Assembly (NCBI GenBank): GCA_037444365.1
Contig: JBBIMO010000006.1
Coordinates: 167-64,166, forward strand
Reading direction: 5' to 3'
DNA: 64,000 nt
Source of the DNA: Chloroflexota bacterium
GTDB lineage: Bacteria > Chloroflexota > Dehalococcoidia > GIF9 > AB-539-J10
Numbering within the stretch: position 1 is the first letter of the stretch; every line of letters starts with the position of its first letter. The notes below the pieces were generated by a model that worked only from the letters and a program-made list of their open reading frames with translations, ran no database searches and was not told the origin of the DNA. The position numbers and the translations under genes are program-made. Below are positions 49,562 through 58,703 of this stretch, one piece after another.

Positions 49562-51462
49562 TACCCCTCTCTCCTTTCAGACAAATCTGCGGAAGGCAAC
49601 AGGCTAACAGGCGATAGCTTCACCACAGCACTGTACTCGCGAGGGCAGACATCCAAGCATGTACCACACTTAGAGCATTTGCCCTGGTCAATAACCTTCA
49701 CCTCCCCCTTATCCCCTCTAATTGCCTCCGTGGGGCAGGTCAAGATGCAATGCTCGCAGGCTCTATCACACTTCTCGGGAAGGATATAATACGCAGTAAG
49801 CTCTCGACATACTCTGGCAGGGCAGCGCCTCTCTAAGACATGAGCTTCGTATTCCTCTCGGAAATAGTGCAGGGTTGTGACGATAGGATTAGGAGCTGTC
49901 TTTCCCAAGCCGCAGAGCGACCCTCCTTTTACATCCTCTGCTAATGCGAGAAGAAGAGCAATGTCATCTGTTTTGCCTCGACCAGCCGTGATGTCCTCCA
50001 GAATGTGTAGCATCTGGAGAGTCCCCAAACGACACATGGTGCACTTGCCACACGACTCCTTGGTTGAGAAGTCAACAAAAAACCTGGCAGCATCAACCAT
50101 GCAGTTATTCCCGTCCATGACAATCATACCGCCCGAGCCCAGCATGGACCCAGCCCCTCGAAGGGAATCATAATCAATAGGAATATCCAGCAGACCCTCG
50201 GGCAGGCACCCCCCAGACGGCCCTCCAATCTGCACCGCCTTGAACCGCCCGTCCTTGGCAATGCCACCGCCGATGTCGTAGACAAGTTTACGAAGCGTCG
50301 TTCCCATAGGCACCTCAGTCAATCCCGAGTTAACTACCTTGCCTGCCAGGGTAAACATTGCTGTGCCCTTGCTTCCCTCAGTGCCGACGGAGGCAAGCCA
50401 ATCTCCTCCTCGCTCAATTATCAAAGGAACAAAAGCAAAGGTCTTCACATTGTTGAGCAAGGTGGGTTTATTCCACAAGCCAGCCTCACTGAGGCGAGGA
50501 GGCCTCGGTCTAGGTTCACTTCTTCTGCCCTCCATAGCTGCAACCAGTGCAGTTGCTTCTCCGGAAACGAAGGCACCAGCTCCGGCCGTTATCTCGACGT
50601 GAAATCCGAAATCACTGTCCAGTATGCCCTCTCCCAGAAAACCCAGTTCACTTGCTTGTCTTAAAGCAATTCGGATACGCTCGATAGCCAAAGGATACTC
50701 GGCACGCACATAAATATAGCCCTGCCTGGCACCTATGGCATAGCCGGCAATAATCATGCCCTCAATAACCTGATGGGGATCACTCTCCAGAACGACTCGG
50801 TCCATAAAAGCACCAGGGTCACCTTCATCAGCATTGCATATTACATACTTTGGCGTGCCTTCAGCCTTCCGGCATTGCTCCCACTTCAGATGCGCGGGAA
50901 ATCCAGCACCTCCCCGCCCCCGCAACCCGGATTTCCTCAACTCCCCAATTATCCTCTCGGGCGGCATTTTTAGTGCCCTCGCCAAGCCGCTGTAGCCGCC
51001 GTTGGCAATGTAGTGATTTATGTTTTCAGGATTGCTGTAACCACAGCAGCGCAGTATAAGACGAAGCTCATGCTCAAATCTGGGAAGCTCGGGAATATAG
51101 ACTGCCTCTCCACCACCCCCTTCAAGCATGCCCAAGGCAAGCTCAAGGCATGGGTCATCGCCGGCAACGTAACCTTCCACTAGGCGGGGTACAATCTCCG
51201 GAGTTACACTGGAATACACTACACGTGAAGAGCCAGGCTTGGCTATGGTAACCAAGGGCTCAGCATAGCACAGCCCCATGCAGCCAACCTGGATAATCGG
51301 GACTTCCAGACCCTGTCGGGCCAAAACCTTATCAAAGGCATCGATTACATCTAAGGCGCCAGATGCCCGCCCGCAGGTAGCTGAGCCAACAAGAATATAG
51401 CTGCCCCGCTGCAGAGCTTCCCATTCCAACCTAGCTCTACTATAGATTTCCTCAAAAGTCAT
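49561..51462 (-). CDS. NuoF/HydB-like NAD(P)H- and FMN-binding Fe-S subunit (paralogue 2)
   Basis: It has the same architecture as paralogue 1: 'GSATCGRASGA', 'GLRGRGGAGFPAHLKWE', 'GAFVSGEATAL', 'ESCGKCTMCRLG', and C-terminal 'CEHCILTCP' and 'CSKCGTCLDVCP'. Confidence 0.9.
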   Translation of the reverse strand: MTFEEIYSRARLEWEALQRGSYILVGSATCGRASGALDVIDAFDKVLARQGLEVPIIQVGCMGLCYAEPLVTIAKPGSSRVVYSSVTPEIVPRLVEGYVAGDDPCLELALGMLEGGGGEAVYIPELPRFEHELRLILRCCGYSNPENINHYIANGGYSGLARALKMPPERIIGELRKSGLRGRGGAGFPAHLKWEQCRKAEGTPKYVICNADEGDPGAFMDRVVLESDPHQVIEGMIIAGYAIGARQGYIYVRAEYPLAIERIRIALRQASELGFLGEGILDSDFGFHVEITAGAGAFVSGEATALVAAMEGRRSEPRPRPPRLSEAGLWNKPTLLNNVKTFAFVPLIIERGGDWLASVGTEGSKGTAMFTLAGKVVNSGLTEVPMGTTLRKLVYDIGGGIAKDGRFKAVQIGGPSGGCLPEGLLDIPIDYDSLRGAGSMLGSGGMIVMDGNNCMVDAARFFVDFSTKESCGKCTMCRLGTLQMLHILEDITAGRGKTDDIALLLALAEDVKGGSLCGLGKTAPNPIVTTLHYFREEYEAHVLERRCPARVCRELTAYYILPEKCDRACEHCILTCPTEAIRGDKGEVKVIDQGKCSKCGTCLDVCPREYSAVVKLSPVSLLPSADLSERREG

Positions 51463-51463
51463 C

Positions 51464-51601
51464 TTACGTTACAGACACTTCTGAATTCAAAGCACCAGAC
51501 TCTGAACAAATACACATGCCTAGACTCAGGTGCAAGGTTGCCTCGGCACTCCGATTCTGCCATTGCTTGAAATCCTGGATTTCGCGCTCACGATTTGCCA
51601 T
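51464..51601 (-). CDS. Candidate 45-aa small ORF exactly filling the nuoE2-nuoF2 gap
   Basis: My manual translation gives MANREREIQDFKQWQNRSAEATLHLSLGMCICSESGALNSEVSVT. The ATG is 2 nt after the nuoE2 TAG and its TAA is 1 nt before the nuoF2 ATG. It has no convincing SD and no recognised family. Confidence 0.25.
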   Translation of the reverse strand: MANREREIQDFKQWQNRSAEATLHLSLGMCICSESGALNSEVSVT

Positions 51602-51603
51602 AT

Positions 51604-52110
51604 CTAAGTCTTGTTTCTTCGTTTCGGCTCTTCTTGAGCTTCCTGCTTATACGGTATTAAGGCTTCTTCAACCCTAAACGGCGTCATCTTAGGTAGAATC
51701 CTATCCTTTATCACTATGACGGGAGCCAACATGCAGCACCCAATACAAGCGACCCTTTCCAAGCTGAAGCTACCATCATTGGCTGTCTCGCCTACTCGGA
51801 TACCTAACTCACGCTCTAATGCCTCCAGGATAAGTCTACCCCCCGCAAGGTGACAGGCTGTCCCCATACAAACCATGGTATGGTATTTTCCTAATGGAAC
51901 AAAGCGAAACTGGTTGTAAAAGGTAGCAACCCCCCAAACCTCAACATCCGGCATCCCCAGAAAGTCAGCAATTGCCTGCAGTGCTTTTTTCGGGAGATAT
52001 CCCAGCCCCATCTGGACTTCCTGCAGTAGCGGAACCAGATTCTTTTTCTCTTTCCTGTAATGTCCCAGAATCCCAGCTACTGCTTGGCCAGCTTGTTCCT
52101 CTGTAATCAT
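51604..52110 (-). CDS. NuoE/HydC-like [2Fe-2S] subunit (paralogue 2)
   Basis: 'LVPLLQEVQMGLGYLP', 'VCMGTACHLAG' and 'CIGCCMLAP'. The start is set at internal M15 so that it does not overlap the acsC stop. Confidence 0.85.
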   Translation of the reverse strand: MITEEQAGQAVAGILGHYRKEKKNLVPLLQEVQMGLGYLPKKALQAIADFLGMPDVEVWGVATFYNQFRFVPLGKYHTMVCMGTACHLAGGRLILEALERELGIRVGETANDGSFSLERVACIGCCMLAPVIVIKDRILPKMTPFRVEEALIPYKQEAQEEPKRRNKT

Positions 52111-52123
52111 CTTTTCAGCAAAC

Positions 52124-53494
52124 TCAAGACAAACCCTTAAGTTGCTTAGCAAGCGCGGGCAGAAAAGCCGCTATTCCCGTCGTTTCCCGGGGACCAACTA
52201 TCACTTCCCATTCAAGGTTCAAGGCATCCTCAAGTTCACCTTTGATTCTGGCCACTTTCCCTGGAATAATCAGCTTTCTATGTTTCACCTTGTCCTTGAT
52301 GCCAGATTTCTTGATAAATGCTCCTACGGAATCGCCGCTGAATTTGCCTGCTGCCCAAGCAGTGAGGACACCAAGTCCATCCGCATCCTTAACACAAATG
52401 TAGGCGGGAACCTTGGTGGCTTCAACAGCCGATGAGACCAGGAAGTAGGTCAATGCCCAGTTTGAAGTGACAAGGACCGGGGAAGATTCATCAGGTTCTC
52501 CCACTTCATAATACTTCTGTTCTACTGCCATAGGAAAACGAGGGTCAGTATAGATGTTAAGCCGTTGAACCAGAAGAGGAAGCAGGGAATACTGGTTGAA
52601 ATCCGAAAAGACAATAATGCTAGCCCACTTACATATGAACGCCGAACCTACCAGCATTTCCTTCAGCCTATCTTTTGCCATAAAGCAAGGAAAGGCAATG
52701 GTGGGATAGCCCAGAGGTCTGAAACCCTGCTTCAGTGCCGCCTTCCTGATGAAAGTCTGGTCTCTTATTGCCTCCTGCAAGTCCCTAGAACCGGGGTCCA
52801 AAATCAATTCCTCAATCCCAGCATCCTTTAACTTGGCAGTCAGAGGGACAAGCTCTTCAACACTTTTCGCGCAAACGCCTACGGGAGTGACATTTGCTTT
52901 GATGCTTGGAATAGCCCTATCAATGTTTTCCTTCGTTATGGGATAAAGAAGTGGACGTCTGTCTGCACATATGTCCCGTGCCGAAAACAACGCATCCATA
53001 TCCTTTGAGATTAGGACCATGCCCACGTCCGTGGATTGGTAAACCTTCTTCACTAAGGCCAAGAACCTGCTCTTGTCCCCCGATTCAGAATGAAGTGCAA
53101 GAAGGTCAGCTCTCAGACTTACACCCACCCACGGAAATTGCAGTTCCTGTATCTTCCTTATCTTCTCCTCGATCCTGGCATTGTCCTCTCTGTCTGAGAT
53201 AAGAAGGGCTATGCCTGGTTTATGGACGAATGTCTTCTCGTGCCGATATATCACTTCTTCGTTCCCAATCTTAAGGGCATTCTTCCCTGAGCCTATGGTG
53301 ACGAGCTTTATCGGCGGCGCCAGAAGATCCAGAAGTTTGGCTTTCACCTCCTCCGAAAGGTAAGGGCATTTATCTACAGCAGCCCCACCAGACGCCAGCT
53401 TCATGGCAAAAGCAAAGCAAGTAGGAAATCCGCAGTCCTTGCAAGGTTTCCTGCCAGGAAGCATTTTTACAATCTCAGAACCTGCAATTGGCAT
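52124..53494 (-). CDS. acsC: Corrinoid iron-sulfur protein large subunit (AcsC / CdhE-type)
   Basis: It has the N-terminal [4Fe-4S] motif 'CKDCGFPTCFAFAMKL...CP'. Length is 456 aa. Confidence 0.88.
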   Translation of the reverse strand: MPIAGSEIVKMLPGRKPCKDCGFPTCFAFAMKLASGGAAVDKCPYLSEEVKAKLLDLLAPPIKLVTIGSGKNALKIGNEEVIYRHEKTFVHKPGIALLISDREDNARIEEKIRKIQELQFPWVGVSLRADLLALHSESGDKSRFLALVKKVYQSTDVGMVLISKDMDALFSARDICADRRPLLYPITKENIDRAIPSIKANVTPVGVCAKSVEELVPLTAKLKDAGIEELILDPGSRDLQEAIRDQTFIRKAALKQGFRPLGYPTIAFPCFMAKDRLKEMLVGSAFICKWASIIVFSDFNQYSLLPLLVQRLNIYTDPRFPMAVEQKYYEVGEPDESSPVLVTSNWALTYFLVSSAVEATKVPAYICVKDADGLGVLTAWAAGKFSGDSVGAFIKKSGIKDKVKHRKLIIPGKVARIKGELEDALNLEWEVIVGPRETTGIAAFLPALAKQLKGLS

Positions 53495-53553
53495 GCTAAC
53501 CCTCCTTCTGTGCTATCAGCTATCAGTTAGCTGAATACTGGTTACTCGTGTAT

Positions 53554-54795
53554 CTATGTTGGAAGCTTTACCTCCCCCTTTACCCAAGGATGCCCAACCC
53601 TATCCAAGAACGCAGAAAGCTCATCCACGTTCTTGACATCTTCTTCCGTCGCTATCTTGTTGTAGAGTCCTTTCGCCTGTAAAACATCCTTGAACCTTTC
53701 CTTGATATCCTTAGGCATCCACACTACTCTGGCCAGGCCACCGTCCGCCTGAATGAATTTGGGAGATCTCACTTGCTCCAGCCCGGTTCCCAATCTTCCG
53801 TCTATCTGTTTACCTCCCGAAGTATCACCAGCCATGCGGGAAAAGGTTTCCCCGATGACCGTTTCGCCCTTGTACTCCCTGTTCACTAGCCCAAAAGCAT
53901 CTAATTCAGGAATGTAATATACGATTGCTTCAAAACAGCCACAGGACGTATGGGGGTGCTCGAAAGCACTGTAGAGATAGACCCTATCATAGGTTCCTAA
54001 CGATTTTTCCCGCACTACGGCGTTCAACCCTTCGTACTCACCCTTCACAGGATCCAAAAGCTGCCCTTTGGCAATGCCAAATATCGGTCCCTCGGGATCA
54101 ATCTTGGCAGCCGCGCGACCATCAAACCAGTTTATGGCACCGCAATTGGCAATCCTATCTGGAGCTATAGTGCACATGTGAGTAGGGGCAAAGCTCTGGC
54201 ATAGGGCACACCCGTAAAACGTATCCACATCCTCATCCCTGAGAGCCCTCGCCCGAGCGTCTCTTGCCTGATATGTCTTTAAAGCTGCGGGCAGAAGTTC
54301 GGCTACCTTCTTAGCATCAGTAATCAGAGTCGTTTGGATCTTCTCGATAATTGGCAACTCAGAGCTGAAAAGAAAGTTATAGATTGCCCCCAATTCATGC
54401 AGAGAGGCAAACCCTTTTGCATGACATTCCTTATTCATCCTTAGCCATATATCCTGTCTCTGATTCATATGATACCAGCCCTCAATCATATTGGTGAACA
54501 TATGAATTCTTCTTTCGATTATTGGTTCGGCATCCTTGTCCAGCTCGGAGCCGGCGACGTCAACCAGAATGGCCAAAGGATAGCTGCCGATCTTCTTCTC
54601 GTCATCGTAGGGTTTCAGCTCACTCAAGTCAGGGCCGATGACCTGCACCTTATCATGTTCTATCTCTTCAGGCTTTTTCAGTGTTGCCAACTCAAATTTG
54701 TGTGCTACCCTTGGCCCGCCGAACTCAATGTATAGGTTCTCCTTCCGTATCACCTCGCCTTCGTATTGAGGCCCTATGTCTACATGAAACTCCAT
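53554..54795 (-). CDS. cdhC: Acetyl-CoA synthase catalytic subunit, short archaeal CdhC-type (no bacterial AcsB N-terminal domain)
   Basis: It starts 'FHVDIGPQYEGEVIRKENLYIEFGGP' as archaeal CdhC does. The A-cluster ligands are 'CALCQSFAPTHMCTIAPDRIANCG' and 'SCGCFE'. It is 413 aa, against about 730 aa for bacterial AcsB. Confidence 0.88.
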   Translation of the reverse strand: MEFHVDIGPQYEGEVIRKENLYIEFGGPRVAHKFELATLKKPEEIEHDKVQVIGPDLSELKPYDDEKKIGSYPLAILVDVAGSELDKDAEPIIERRIHMFTNMIEGWYHMNQRQDIWLRMNKECHAKGFASLHELGAIYNFLFSSELPIIEKIQTTLITDAKKVAELLPAALKTYQARDARARALRDEDVDTFYGCALCQSFAPTHMCTIAPDRIANCGAINWFDGRAAAKIDPEGPIFGIAKGQLLDPVKGEYEGLNAVVREKSLGTYDRVYLYSAFEHPHTSCGCFEAIVYYIPELDAFGLVNREYKGETVIGETFSRMAGDTSGGKQIDGRLGTGLEQVRSPKFIQADGGLARVVWMPKDIKERFKDVLQAKGLYNKIATEEDVKNVDELSAFLDRVGHPWVKGEVKLPT

Positions 54796-54798
54796 CTC

Positions 54799-55350
54799 TT
54801 ACTCTCCTTTCTTTAAGTTGCTTATTAGGCTATCTAAGAAAGCCTTCCATTGCTCGTCTTTCCTGAAATTGGGAAGCGAATAATTGGCATGTGGAAAATA
54901 ATGTTTACACAAAGCCATTGTCTTCAAGTGAGGAGCAAAGTGCTTAAGCGTAGACAGACCCTGAGTCCCAAGGTCACTCCTGACCCCCAAGAACATCACC
55001 AGGTCATGGTTTCCCTCCTTCTTAACCCCCCGCCAGCCAGGGTCCTTAAGTGCATTTATTATCTCCACAGCATCGTAAACGCAATCTGGCTGTACTCCCA
55101 ACTCCACAATCCTGCCCCTAGTTTGAGCTGTAGCGCAGATGGGAATACCAGCCGCCTTAGCTATGTCCAACGCGTACTCCAGCAGTGGTTTTCCATCAAG
55201 CATAGACGTCAACACAAGCGGACCAATCACCAGCAACGGCCTTTTTGCCCTCCTGATGAGGTCGGCATACTCCGCCGGGTCTTCAATCAACCTCCCCGAC
55301 TTGATTCCGGTTAAGACGTTTACTCTGTGGCGTGGTATTGTTGCACTCAT
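54799..55350 (-). CDS. cdhB: CODH/ACS epsilon subunit (CdhB)
   Basis: 'IRRAKRPLLVIGP', 'DPGWRGVKKEGNHD' and the C-terminal 'DEQWKAFLDSLI' parallel methanogen CdhB as I recall it. It lies between cdhA and cdhC. Confidence 0.75.
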   Translation of the reverse strand: MSATIPRHRVNVLTGIKSGRLIEDPAEYADLIRRAKRPLLVIGPLVLTSMLDGKPLLEYALDIAKAAGIPICATAQTRGRIVELGVQPDCVYDAVEIINALKDPGWRGVKKEGNHDLVMFLGVRSDLGTQGLSTLKHFAPHLKTMALCKHYFPHANYSLPNFRKDEQWKAFLDSLISNLKKGE

Positions 55351-55362
55351 TTTGCCCTCCTT

Positions 55363-57675
55363 CTAATGTATCACTGCGTCCACAGGGACTTTGCTGGGAT
55401 AAGTTCCAATCAGGGTGGGAAGACCTACAGGCTCCTTCGGTTTCCAGCCAATTCTCTGTAGATGCTCTCGCACCTCCTTCTTGTACACCAGGGGAATATC
55501 GGGGTCCCTGCGCACGAAGAGGTGGATGTCCTCAGGAAGGCCGTCTCCCATATATTTCTTGTGCAGGGAGATGTAATGATTCAGCTTAACTGCCCTTCCT
55601 TGCGGGGTATCATTCTTCCTTATGCACAACTTGGGGATCATAACCATGGCTTTTTCCTTTGTTTCGGTGACATAGGCTAGGTGCTCGGGTGAAGGCTCTC
55701 CACTATCCACAATCTCCTTCTTCCTGGCATCCATAACCCTCCAATCACCTTCCTCCTTCTTTGAGAGATATAACCTTCGGTATTTGGAGGAGTGAGGCCC
55801 CAGTACCACCGGGATACCTAGCCTGTTACAACCAGTCGCGATCGCAACCGCCTTCTGAGAATATACTCCCCAGCCCACTCCAACAGCACCCAACCTGCTT
55901 ATGGTATGATCAGCTACTACCTCGTAGTTCCCCCTCAGTGGAAGCTTGGCAAAGATATTGACCACCTTTATTGCCGCTCCGGTGATATGGCTGTTGGCAA
56001 CACAGGAACCCACGTTCACCACCCCACCAGCATCAAAATTGGGAGGATATTTCTCGTAAATGGTCTTGCCTTCCGCATCCTTTTTCATACCCACCACCAT
56101 GGCAGCACAACCTGAAACCACAACGATGTATTTCCTCTTGGCAAACTCCTCGACCATTTCGGGAAGATCTCGTATATCCGGATAATTGGAGCAACCAACA
56201 AAGGCAACGATTCCGGGAATCGTGCCTAGCGTTATGGGCGCCCCAACAGTCCTGATCTCCGTATCCATAATCGGACCACGCCCAGCCCTCATTTTCCAAC
56301 TTTCCTTGCTCGCTGCCACCTGCATTATCTTGAAAATGGGGATCTTGCGTGGGCACTCTGCTTCGCATTTGCCACAGCCGACACACAAGCTGAATTGCTC
56401 CCTTATCAGGTCAAATTTGCCCTTGGCAACCTCAGCTATACCAGCACCGATGTTGAAAAGGTTGGGGCACACCTGCTCACACATGCCACAAACGTTGCAC
56501 TTCTGAGCCAGTTCCTTAGCCTCCTCCTCTCTCAGCCACTCCTTTCTCCTCAGCGGAGCAATTTGCATAGCAACTTTGGCTGCTACCTCGGCCGCCTTTC
56601 GCGGTTCCAGAATGGCGAAATGCTTCTTGTCATCCACCATCTGCTTCACTATCTCCTCCGTATCCATCGCGGAGGCGTCCTCAAGCCCATACATGGCTTT
56701 ATCCAGGGTGGCAATTAGTGCCGCCCCAGTTCTCGATGCCTCAATGGGCATATCCGTTCTAATACACTGCTCATCCGTCATAATGACATCGGCAATGCCG
56801 CTTCTCAGGAAGAACAACTGCCGCGAAAAAGGACCAACAACTCTCAGCCTGTCGCAATACCTGGCTGTTTCGTTGGCAGTGCAGCATATACCAGCAACCT
56901 CTACCTTGTCGTAAAGGTCGTTCTCCCGCAAATAGTCAACAACCACGGTTGAAGTCGCCGGGTTATGTCCTACGAACAAGATTACCGGTTTGCTTTTGTC
57001 CACCGCAGCCCATCCCAAATCTACAAGGGGTGTGTCGGCAACCGAAGTCGGGTAACCAAACCCCACTATCTGAGCAATATCAGCCACTTCCATTCCCACG
57101 TGGTCCAGCATCCCAGCGTGCAAGGCCTTCGACTCGTAATCCAGATAACTGCCTTCCTGTCCCATGTTGGTGGAATCGAGAAGATGGGCAAGCTCCTTGT
57201 AGACGTATTCTATGGCTACTACAAGGTCACCCAGAGTCTCAGGCTTCAGGCCCACAACAGTTCTGATATGCGGTGCTTCGATATTGACCGCCCCACCCAG
57301 ATCTATCTTCTTGTCAGCACCATGTCTTTCGATCAGGAACTCCAAGATATGACCGGCATGGGAGCTGTGAGCGGAGCACCCCATCAAACAAGCCAGAAGC
57401 ACCCATCTTGCTTGCTGGGTAGCTATATCAATGCCGCAGGCACCTCTCCTTGTTTCTGTGAGGTCACATTTGCCATAAGTACAGAAGCAACACAGATCAC
57501 AAAACGGCGCATAGAAAGGCGCATAGGTTTTCAACAGCCTCATATCCCAGCTTCTGAGGTCGGGAATCTCCGGCATCGGCGTGCAGCCGACTGGCTCCCA
57601 CGGAACCTCTGCTCTTATCTTCTTCTCAATTTCCTCTAGTTTACGTGTTATTTCTTTTACCTTTAGTTCTGCCAT
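55363..57675 (-). CDS. cdhA: Carbon monoxide dehydrogenase catalytic subunit, archaeal CdhA-type (770 aa, with inserted 2x[4Fe-4S] domain)
   Basis: It has the N-terminal Cys cluster 'FCDLCCFCTYGKCDL...GACG' and the inserted ferredoxin motifs 'CNVCGMCEQVCP' and 'CVGCGKCEAECP'. C-cluster region segments include 'GCSNYP' and 'VGSCVANSH'. Confidence 0.9.
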   Translation of the reverse strand: MAELKVKEITRKLEEIEKKIRAEVPWEPVGCTPMPEIPDLRSWDMRLLKTYAPFYAPFCDLCCFCTYGKCDLTETRRGACGIDIATQQARWVLLACLMGCSAHSSHAGHILEFLIERHGADKKIDLGGAVNIEAPHIRTVVGLKPETLGDLVVAIEYVYKELAHLLDSTNMGQEGSYLDYESKALHAGMLDHVGMEVADIAQIVGFGYPTSVADTPLVDLGWAAVDKSKPVILFVGHNPATSTVVVDYLRENDLYDKVEVAGICCTANETARYCDRLRVVGPFSRQLFFLRSGIADVIMTDEQCIRTDMPIEASRTGAALIATLDKAMYGLEDASAMDTEEIVKQMVDDKKHFAILEPRKAAEVAAKVAMQIAPLRRKEWLREEEAKELAQKCNVCGMCEQVCPNLFNIGAGIAEVAKGKFDLIREQFSLCVGCGKCEAECPRKIPIFKIMQVAASKESWKMRAGRGPIMDTEIRTVGAPITLGTIPGIVAFVGCSNYPDIRDLPEMVEEFAKRKYIVVVSGCAAMVVGMKKDAEGKTIYEKYPPNFDAGGVVNVGSCVANSHITGAAIKVVNIFAKLPLRGNYEVVADHTISRLGAVGVGWGVYSQKAVAIATGCNRLGIPVVLGPHSSKYRRLYLSKKEEGDWRVMDARKKEIVDSGEPSPEHLAYVTETKEKAMVMIPKLCIRKNDTPQGRAVKLNHYISLHKKYMGDGLPEDIHLFVRRDPDIPLVYKKEVREHLQRIGWKPKEPVGLPTLIGTYPSKVPVDAVIH

Positions 57676-57678
57676 TTC

Positions 57679-58584
57679 TCACCTCGCTCGTATAGTCTCC
57701 TTTACTAATTTCAAGGTCTCCGGATGCCTCAAAACAAGGATATTTGCTCCAGCCAGCAAAAGCGATAGTGCTGTTATGCCTTCCCAAAGCAATCCTTGTT
57801 CCTTGCTTTCCTTAGCCTGTCTTGTCTTCCAGCACTCTCCACCCAGATTGGCAATAATAGGCATCATAGTCATACTGTCCTTGGTCATAATCCCAATCTG
57901 TTTCACTCTTTCTATTAGAGAGAAACCATACTCCATGCCGTAGCCCAACGCCGAAGTCAAGGGGTCAATCACAATTCTGTCAGGGGGGAAGAACTTGCTG
58001 AGCTTCACATTTAACTCCTTAAGCAAATTGATGTCCAGAGGAGTCTGGGCAATAGCAGTGTGTCCGTGGTCCAGAATTGCCTTGCCAACCGCTTCGTAGT
58101 TCTCCTTAAGCGCCGGACCCACAAGCAGATTCATCCCATCACACACCTCAGCAACCTTGGAAAGAACCTCAACATCCTTCTTTTCATCTCCTGAACCATA
58201 GACAATCAACGGCACATTTATGGCTTCGGCCACTTCTTTAGCCAATGCCGCAGCTTGGCTAGCGGGAGCATCCTTGACCGCCGGGTCGGTACTCATTAGA
58301 AAGAGAGAAACGGCATCCACATTAAAGGCTTCACACTTCCTAGCCCATTTTATCGGGTCAGCAATCACGTCTCTAAAGGGCTCAATCAGATGCTCCGGCC
58401 AATCTTCAGGCTTCATATCAGCAACTTCCAAAGCGAACTTCGCTGGATTGGGATTTGAGCCCTGGTCAAAAAAGTGAAAGGGGAGAATACTCTCCCCCCC
58501 GATCTTCAAGCTCTTCTTTCCCTTCCCAATCGTTACCTCTCTGACTACCCCTGTATATGCTTCAACTGGTGCTTTATATTCCAT
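57679..58584 (-). CDS. acsD: Corrinoid iron-sulfur protein small subunit (AcsD / CdhD-type, bacterial-sized 301 aa)
   Basis: It is a TIM-barrel subunit with 'VREVTIGKG..LKIGGESILPFHFF' and 'VDAVSLFLMSTDP'. It lies 3 nt upstream of cdhA. Confidence 0.85.
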   Translation of the reverse strand: MEYKAPVEAYTGVVREVTIGKGKKSLKIGGESILPFHFFDQGSNPNPAKFALEVADMKPEDWPEHLIEPFRDVIADPIKWARKCEAFNVDAVSLFLMSTDPAVKDAPASQAAALAKEVAEAINVPLIVYGSGDEKKDVEVLSKVAEVCDGMNLLVGPALKENYEAVGKAILDHGHTAIAQTPLDINLLKELNVKLSKFFPPDRIVIDPLTSALGYGMEYGFSLIERVKQIGIMTKDSMTMMPIIANLGGECWKTRQAKESKEQGLLWEGITALSLLLAGANILVLRHPETLKLVKETIRAR

Positions 58585-58703
58585 TCCTGATCCTCCTTCA
58601 CTTTACCAAGGTTATCTGACAAGCCGCCTGCCATTCTGCGCCCCAACTTGCCGGGGCGAAGCATCCAGGCCCTTCGATATGGCTCAGGGTGACAAACTGA
58701 TTG

